A stretch of DNA of 64,000 nucleotides from an uncultured delta proteobacterium (lineage in GTDB: Bacteria > Desulfobacterota > Binatia > UBA9968), in contig CAWFJP010000031.1 in NCBI GenBank assembly GCA_963816145.1, positions 192,001 to 256,000 of the forward strand. Direction: 5' to 3'. A program made the translations under genes and the position numbers. Positions 58,007-64,000 of this stretch are shown here, in pieces; positions within the stretch are counted from its first letter, which is position 1; every line of letters begins with the position of its first letter. A model generated the notes under the pieces. That model had not been told where the DNA came from and ran no database searches. It saw only the letters and a program-made list of their open reading frames with translations.

Positions 58007-59563
58007 ATGAAGAATCGTGAAATCGACGCCGCCTGGGCTTACCATAACGGCACGAAACATTCGTATCAAAGTATCCGGGCCAATCCCCACTATTTGGACT
58101 TTGAGAACCAGCCGCTTCCCTTTAAAATTTACTCTGAGTTAGAGCCAACCGCTTTGCCCCCGCATCTGTCCTCTTCGGGGATGCCATCCCTGGCCGCGAT
58201 TTCGGCGGCCGATGCGCGGCGGGATCGTCAAGTCACACCCACGCGGCAAACCCTCGCGGAGATTCTGTTTCTCAGCGCCGGCGTCACCAGACGGCGAAAA
58301 TATCCAGGCGTTGAAATGTTGTTTCGCGCTGCGGCTTGCACCGGTGCCCTATATCACATCGATCTGTATCTTGTTTGCGCCGATCTCCAAGATCTTCCCG
58401 CCGGAATTTACCACTTCGGCCCCCATGACTTCGCGCTGCGCCGCCTGCGCCAGGGGGATTTTCGCGGCGTCCTGACTCGGGCGAGCGGTCAAGAACCCTC
58501 GGTCGTCGACGCCCCGGCGGTTTTGCTTTGTGCTTCGACGTTCTGGCGCAATGCCTGGAAATATCAAGCCCGTGCTTATCGCCACTGTTACTGGGATAAC
58601 GGCACGATTCTCGCTAATCTTTTGGCGGCCGCGGCGGCGCGCGCGCTCGCCGCGAAAGTAGTCGTTGGTTTTGTCGATGCCGCGATCAGCACGCTGTTGG
58701 GGTTAGATCCTAAACGCGAGGCAGCGCTATCGTTGGTCTCGCTTGGTTGCGGTGCGGCTCACCCGGTCCAATCCTCGACGCCGCTAGAGCCGCTGGTTTT
58801 GCAAACCGAGCCGCTATCCAAGACGGAAGTCGACTATCCTGCCATGCGGGCGATGCATGAGGCTTCGTCGTTGGCGAGCGAAGACGAGGTCGTTCGGTGG
58901 CGCGCAGCGAGCGACAACCACAGCGGTGAGAAAGACGATCGGAGCGCTAACGGCGGCCGCCGATTTTTCCTCCACGCGCTGAGCGATGACGAGGTGCCAT
59001 CCGAAACGATCGAGGACGTTATCGTTCGGCGCGGTTCGACGCGCCAATTTGCCCGCGAGTCGATCACCTTCGGTCAACTTTCCATACTGCTCGACCGGGC
59101 TACCCGCGGCATCCCTGCTGATTTTCTCAGTGCCGGTGACTCGCTCAACGAGCTTTACCTAATCGTTCATGCGGTGGACGATCTTGCCTCTGGGGCCTAC
59201 GTCTACCGGCGCGATCTGCACGCGCTCGAGTTGCTCAAGGAAGGCGACTTTCGCCGTGAAGCGGGTGATCTCGGCTTGGGTCAGGACATTCCAGCGGATT
59301 GCAGCGTCAACGTATATTTCCTGGCGGACCTCAATCGAGTCTTGGGCCGTTTCGGCAACCGCGGCTATCGCGCCGCCCAGCTCGAAGCCAGTATCATGGG
59401 CGGCAAGCTTTACCTGGCGGCCTACGCCCAGGGCCTGGGCGCCTCCGGCCTAACGTTCTTCGATGATGATGTGACCGAGTTCTTCTCGCCCCACGCGGCG
59501 GGCAAGAGCGTGATGTTTTTGATTGCGCTGGGAAAGTCGGTCAAGCGTAAAAGCCAGCTGTAA
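58007..59563 (+). CDS. SagB/ThcOx family dehydrogenase (tandem nitroreductase-like domains)
   Basis: YHNGTKH, RAAACTGALY, WKYQARAYRH, second domain RRGSTRQF...RGYRAAQLEA...GLTFFDD. Confidence 0.9.
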   Translation: MKNREIDAAWAYHNGTKHSYQSIRANPHYLDFENQPLPFKIYSELEPTALPPHLSSSGMPSLAAISAADARRDRQVTPTRQTLAEILFLSAGVTRRRKYPGVEMLFRAAACTGALYHIDLYLVCADLQDLPAGIYHFGPHDFALRRLRQGDFRGVLTRASGQEPSVVDAPAVLLCASTFWRNAWKYQARAYRHCYWDNGTILANLLAAAAARALAAKVVVGFVDAAISTLLGLDPKREAALSLVSLGCGAAHPVQSSTPLEPLVLQTEPLSKTEVDYPAMRAMHEASSLASEDEVVRWRAASDNHSGEKDDRSANGGRRFFLHALSDDEVPSETIEDVIVRRGSTRQFARESITFGQLSILLDRATRGIPADFLSAGDSLNELYLIVHAVDDLASGAYVYRRDLHALELLKEGDFRREAGDLGLGQDIPADCSVNVYFLADLNRVLGRFGNRGYRAAQLEASIMGGKLYLAAYAQGLGASGLTFFDDDVTEFFSPHAAGKSVMFLIALGKSVKRKSQL

Positions 59564-59803
59564 TGCATCGTGTTGTCGGGCAGTAAAATCCTGAGCGTTG
59601 CAAGCGATAGGCTGGATGGTGCGGGTTTCGCGGAATCGCTGCTCGATTGCGGGCAAAAAAATCCGGCTGTCGTACCGCGGCCACTGCTGGCAATTCTATC
59701 TAATGGCATAGCCAAATAGCTTGCGGTATTTCTAGAGCAACCTATTGCGGATATACGTTCGAACGCAATATACATTGGCGCAGACTAATCCGGGAGAACT
59801 AAC

Positions 59804-60607
59804 ATGGCTTTACGCATCAATGATTCGGAATTTTACGCGATCGACGCTCACTCCCATTTGGGACGTCGCAAGACACCGTTGGGACATGGCGTGGCGAGCT
59901 TCCTTGGCGAAGACTTGGTGCGCAACTTGGACGAAGCCGGCTTGGACTGTGCCGTGGCATTTCCCTTGGGAGCTTCTTACACCGACTATTCGGAAGCGAA
60001 TCAGATCATGGCCGAGGAAATGGCCAAGTATCCCAAACGGATCATCAGCTTTTGCCGTATCAATCCGAATTTCGGCCCCGAAGCCACTGTGAAAGCTCTC
60101 GATCATTGTCTCGGCACTTTGAAACTCAGGGGCATCAAACTTCATCCGGAGATCGAGTTCTTCGATCCCAATGAGGCCGAGCTCATGGAGCCCATTTATG
60201 ACGCGGCGCGCCGCTACCATGTGCCGATTATTTTCCACACCGGGATGTCGAGCAAAGCATCGCCGGGTGTGATCGCCGAGCTTGCGGCCCAGCATAAAGA
60301 TGTGCCGGTTATTCTCGGCCACATGGGCGTGTCGGAATATGTCAAACTGGCGGTGGCCGTCGCGCGGCAGAACGAGAATATATTCTTGGAAACTTCCGTG
60401 GTCGGTTGGATGCCGCTGCTATTGGAAGCGTTTCGCGGCGTCGGCACGAGCAAGATTCTCTTCGGCTCTGATCACCCTTATAATCCTCTACCCATGGAAG
60501 TGGAGAAGATCGCCAAACATGTGACGAAAGCCGCCAAGCTCAAACCGGACGATTTGAAAAAGGTGTTTGCCGATAATTTCTTATCCATTTTGAAGCATGA
60601 CCGCTAA
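59804..60607 (+). CDS. Amidohydrolase family protein (Amidohydro_2)
   Basis: IDAHSH, GIKLHP, IIFHTG, ILGHMG, LFGSDHP. Confidence 0.92.
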   Translation: MALRINDSEFYAIDAHSHLGRRKTPLGHGVASFLGEDLVRNLDEAGLDCAVAFPLGASYTDYSEANQIMAEEMAKYPKRIISFCRINPNFGPEATVKALDHCLGTLKLRGIKLHPEIEFFDPNEAELMEPIYDAARRYHVPIIFHTGMSSKASPGVIAELAAQHKDVPVILGHMGVSEYVKLAVAVARQNENIFLETSVVGWMPLLLEAFRGVGTSKILFGSDHPYNPLPMEVEKIAKHVTKAAKLKPDDLKKVFADNFLSILKHDR

Positions 60608-60705
60608 GTCCGATGTTCGAATGCTTGTGTTAAAGATGAGGAGCAACGTCCACTCCTCTGTCATGCTCCCTGGCAATTTAGCAATGGCAACGATACGGAG
60701 GTTAA

Positions 60706-61710
60706 ATGAAACCGTCTGAGGAATCGCTTCGATTCAGTTTATTGACAGTTTTAATAGGGATGTTTTTCGTTTGCGTCACCGTTTCATCCCGAGCGCGCGC
60801 CGCTGAGGTGGCCTCGGTGCGGGCGAACTACGCGGCCTTTAGCGGCGCCTTCGCTCCGCTGTGGATCGCGGCGGATAGAAATCTGTTCACCAAATACGGC
60901 TTGAACGTCGACATCCGCTACATCGCCCCGGCCACGGCGACTCAGGCGCTCATCGGCAAGAACCTCGACATCATAAATCCCGGAGGCGAGATCGTCGAAG
61001 CAGGATTGAACGGCGAACCGGTCGTCTATATCGCCGGCATTATGAATCGCGCGGTGATGTCGATCTATGCGAAACCGGAAATCGGTTCACTGGCCGATCT
61101 GAAGGGCAAGGTGTTGGCGGTGACTGTGCCGGGGTCCACCACCGACTTCGCCGCGCGGGTTTTGCTTCAGCAGGCGCGCTTGACGCCGGGTAAAGACGTC
61201 AAACTTATCTATCTAAAAGGCATGGTGGAGATCCTTACCGGCATCAATCAGGGCAACGCAGATGCGGGCATCTTCACGTCGCCAACGACTTTGAAAGCGC
61301 AACACGCCGGATTGAAGGAATTGGTCAACGTCACCGAGCAGAATATTCCGATGATTCACGCCGCTCTTGCCAGCACCAAAGATTATGTCAAAAGCCGCCG
61401 CGACGACGCGCGGCGATTTTTGCAAGCATATCTGGAAGGCATCAAGATCTCCCGCACCGAAGCCGACTACACCAAGCAAATCATCGGCAAGTATACCAAG
61501 ACCACCGATGCGGCCGACCTGGAGAATTCCTATCAGACATTCTTGCCGGCATGGGAACGATTGCCGTTGGTGCCGGCCGCGGCGGTGCAGACGATGCTCA
61601 ATTTTGCCAGCCATCCCGGCGCAAAAACAGCGAAGCCCGAAACGTTCATCGACAATTCGATCCTTGTAGAAATCGACAAGTCAGGATTCGTCGATAAGCT
61701 TTACAAATAA
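60706..61710 (+). CDS. ABC transporter substrate-binding protein, NitT/TauT family
   Basis: Signal ARA-AE; LFTKYGLNV; DLKGK; FIDNSILVEIDKSGFVDKLYK. Confidence 0.9.
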   Translation: MKPSEESLRFSLLTVLIGMFFVCVTVSSRARAAEVASVRANYAAFSGAFAPLWIAADRNLFTKYGLNVDIRYIAPATATQALIGKNLDIINPGGEIVEAGLNGEPVVYIAGIMNRAVMSIYAKPEIGSLADLKGKVLAVTVPGSTTDFAARVLLQQARLTPGKDVKLIYLKGMVEILTGINQGNADAGIFTSPTTLKAQHAGLKELVNVTEQNIPMIHAALASTKDYVKSRRDDARRFLQAYLEGIKISRTEADYTKQIIGKYTKTTDAADLENSYQTFLPAWERLPLVPAAAVQTMLNFASHPGAKTAKPETFIDNSILVEIDKSGFVDKLYK

Positions 61711-61983
61711 GCCCGAATCTCAGCATGAGATTGGCAGCCGCACGAATGTCGCCTTTGATGTACGGCAGTCTGGTGTCGATCCTGGGAAGAATGGGGTCTT
61801 GGCCCTGCACACTATCCGTTGTTAGTTCGCGTTCTGAAATCCTGCATTGTTGGAACTAAAAATTAACGGTCTTAACCCGGTTGCTGGAGACGGAAGGCCG
61901 AGGCGCAATTTTTCATGGCGCACGAGGATGCCGACGATAACAGAACAATCAAATCCAGGAGGATCAACGTAGTTTTCCCACGG

Positions 61984-62841
61984 TCAAGAGAGTCCCTGCT
62001 TGAGAAAATACTCGATATTGCGCTTGACCATATAGGTCTTGCCCATCTGCGCGTAAGAACCAGATTTCATGTGGCTTTCAACTTCGCCTGAAGTTGTTTT
62101 GCCGGCCTTCATTTCCAGCAGTTTCTGGTGAAAGTCGCTCAAGTAGGCGCGAAACTCGGCGAAGGCGGTTTTGTACGCTTCCGCGCCTTCAGAAACCGGC
62201 CCATGGCCGGGAACCACCGAAGCATAGCTCTGGGCCATCAGCTGATCGATGCTGCAAATCCAGTTCGGAATTTCGCCGTAAACCGTCACCGGATGATAGC
62301 GGGTGTAGAGCAGATCGCCGGCGTACAGGATGCGATCCTGCTCGATATAGGCGATCGAATCGCCCAGGCTATGGCTTTTACCGTTGTGCGCCGAGTGGAG
62401 CACCTGCACTTTCACGCCCGATAAATGAATCGTCATCGACTTGGCGAACGTCAGCTGTAATTGGCCCATCTTGAGATCGGGATAACGGCTCTTCAGTCCC
62501 GGCTCCCGGCCGGCCATCTCGGCGAACTTGGCGTCGCCGTCCATCTGCAATGCTTCCCAGCAACCATCGCTGCCGATGATCACCGCGCCGTTTTTCTCGA
62601 AGTAGTGATTCGCCGAGCTGTGATCGAAATTCTCGTGCGTGTTGAGCAGGTACTTGACCCGCGTGCAACCGGCGCGGCGCAAGCCGTCGTCGATCTCGTC
62701 GATTCTACGAATATCGGCGTCGATCAACAGGGCGGAACCGTCAGTGCCTTTGACCAGACCGAAATTGGTCAGGCCGTCGGCGCCGATGATGGCGAACGCC
62801 GAGTCGTTGAACTTATGAAGATTCGCGTTGTTCTTGCCCAT
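61984..62841 (-). CDS. MBL-fold metallo-hydrolase (cyclase-like)
   Basis: NTHENFDHS (variant of HxHxDH), HSLGD, AGDL, VVPGHG. Confidence 0.85.
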   Translation of the reverse strand: MGKNNANLHKFNDSAFAIIGADGLTNFGLVKGTDGSALLIDADIRRIDEIDDGLRRAGCTRVKYLLNTHENFDHSSANHYFEKNGAVIIGSDGCWEALQMDGDAKFAEMAGREPGLKSRYPDLKMGQLQLTFAKSMTIHLSGVKVQVLHSAHNGKSHSLGDSIAYIEQDRILYAGDLLYTRYHPVTVYGEIPNWICSIDQLMAQSYASVVPGHGPVSEGAEAYKTAFAEFRAYLSDFHQKLLEMKAGKTTSGEVESHMKSGSYAQMGKTYMVKRNIEYFLKQGLS

Positions 62842-63000
62842 ATCAATTGTTTCTCCATTCAAAATCGCGTCGTACTATTATCGTCATGCCCGGTTGCCGT
62901 CAAGATTCATCAATTCACCCTAATCCGACACTAAATTCGCTTCCACTTGGCATCAGGTGAAAGATGAACCCTTCTCTCCGGGCGATCTGGAACAAGATTT

Positions 63001-63093
63001 CCTTCCCCCGTCTCGGGGGAAGGTAGGATGGGGGTCGTCTCTTGCCGCGACTGTTTGCCCCCACCTTCATCCTCCCCCGAGGCGGGGGAGGAA
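63001..63093. repeat. Paired palindromic intergenic repeat (CCTTCCCCCG...GGGGGAAGG)
   Basis: Two GC hairpins in inverted arrangement. Confidence 0.7.
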
Positions 63094-63298
63094 ATAAGAA
63101 GTCACCGCTCGTGATGCTTCTCGGCCTCCGTGAACTCCAACTCTGTGCTCTCAAACTCAAAAAGTATACGCTTCAGCTATTGTCGGTTTAGGGTTCACTG
63201 CGCGCCGCCGCAAGCTGCTTGTTAAGCGGAAAATCTTCGTGGTAGAGGACAGATAGTGCAACGATCGAGAATCATATCTTTTCAGCGCGAGGAGACCC

Positions 63299-64000
63299 AT
63301 GCTCAGCCGCGAAGCCAATGATCTTTTGATCCGAGTCGGGCCGCAGACTCTTTGTGGAGAGTACTTGCGCCGTTACTGGCACCCGGTGGCGTTAGCTGCG
63401 GAACTGACCGATGACAAGCCCAAAAAACGGATTCGCGTGTTGGGCGAGCAGCTGGTTTTGTACCGTCTTCCCGATGGCAGCCACGGCCTGATCGAGGAAG
63501 CCTGCTTGCATCGCCGGGCGTCGCTTTACTACGGCTTTATCGACGATGACGGACTGCGCTGCGCTTACCACGGCTGGAAATACGGTTTGGACGGCCGCTG
63601 TCTGGATCAACCCTTCGAAAAGGATCCAAATTTCAAAAGCAAAGTTTGCCATCGCGCCTACCCGGTGGAGAAGCTCGCCGGGCTGCTGTTTGCGTATCTC
63701 GGACCACCGGACAAGAAACCGCTGCTGCCGCGCTGGGATTACTTGGTGCGCGACGACTGGCCGCGCAAGATCGAAGTGCATCCGGTGCTCAACTGCAACT
63801 GGCTGCAGCCGATGGAAAACGCCGTCGACCCGAGCCATACCCGCTATCTCCATGGCGAAAGTTTCCGGCGCAAAGGGATGCGCCGGGACGTGTCGTACAT
63901 TCTGAAAAAGGTCGACCATTTCGAATACGACGCCAACCCATGGGGGATCATGAAGCGCCGGGTATTCGAAGACGGCGACAAAGAGATCGGCCATCTGCTG
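63299..64000 (+). CDS. Rieske non-heme iron oxygenase alpha subunit (phthalate 4,5-dioxygenase-like), truncated by the window end
   Basis: Not in the ORF track; reads MLSREANDLLIRVGP...LRRYWHPV...CLHRRASL...CAYHGW...NWLQPMENAVDPSH..YLH; GGAG RBS. Confidence 0.92.
   Translation, partial: MLSREANDLLIRVGPQTLCGEYLRRYWHPVALAAELTDDKPKKRIRVLGEQLVLYRLPDGSHGLIEEACLHRRASLYYGFIDDDGLRCAYHGWKYGLDGRCLDQPFEKDPNFKSKVCHRAYPVEKLAGLLFAYLGPPDKKPLLPRWDYLVRDDWPRKIEVHPVLNCNWLQPMENAVDPSHTRYLHGESFRRKGMRRDVSYILKKVDHFEYDANPWGIMKRRVFEDGDKEIGHLL

Overview
GC-rich bacterial chromosome segment. The gene content (many orphan NitT/TauT-type substrate-binding proteins, catalytic-domain-only MetE-like genes, MmgE/PrpD, TcuAB, Rieske oxygenase) resembles Ca. 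Binatia-type genomes; that taxonomy is inference only. The left half (1-33.6 kb) is a mosaic hotspot. It holds three intact copies and two further 3' pieces of a signal-peptide-bearing, 6-Cys class I SAM-methyltransferase-fold gene, each intact copy preceded by an alpha/beta-hydrolase gene or its last codons. It also holds co-oriented orphan 3' stubs of the metE-like gene (33600-32395) and the GST gene (28979-28335) that share nearly the same breakpoints, which suggests repeated additive insertion at fixed gene-internal sites. A tripartite tricarboxylate transporter + tcuAB operon lies in the same region. The right half has a TIR-TM-triple-repeat receptor-like protein and an A-T-C-A-T NRPS whose loading domain looks like oxalate-CoA ligase and whose second module has a Thr code. 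Two GT4 glycosyltransferases follow, one ending in an NRPS docking-like helix. Intergenic DNA carries MITEs with target-site duplications, RAYT remnants and palindromic repeats. No rRNA, tRNA, CRISPR array or intact transposase/integrase was recognised. All assignments come from motif reading, not database searches.
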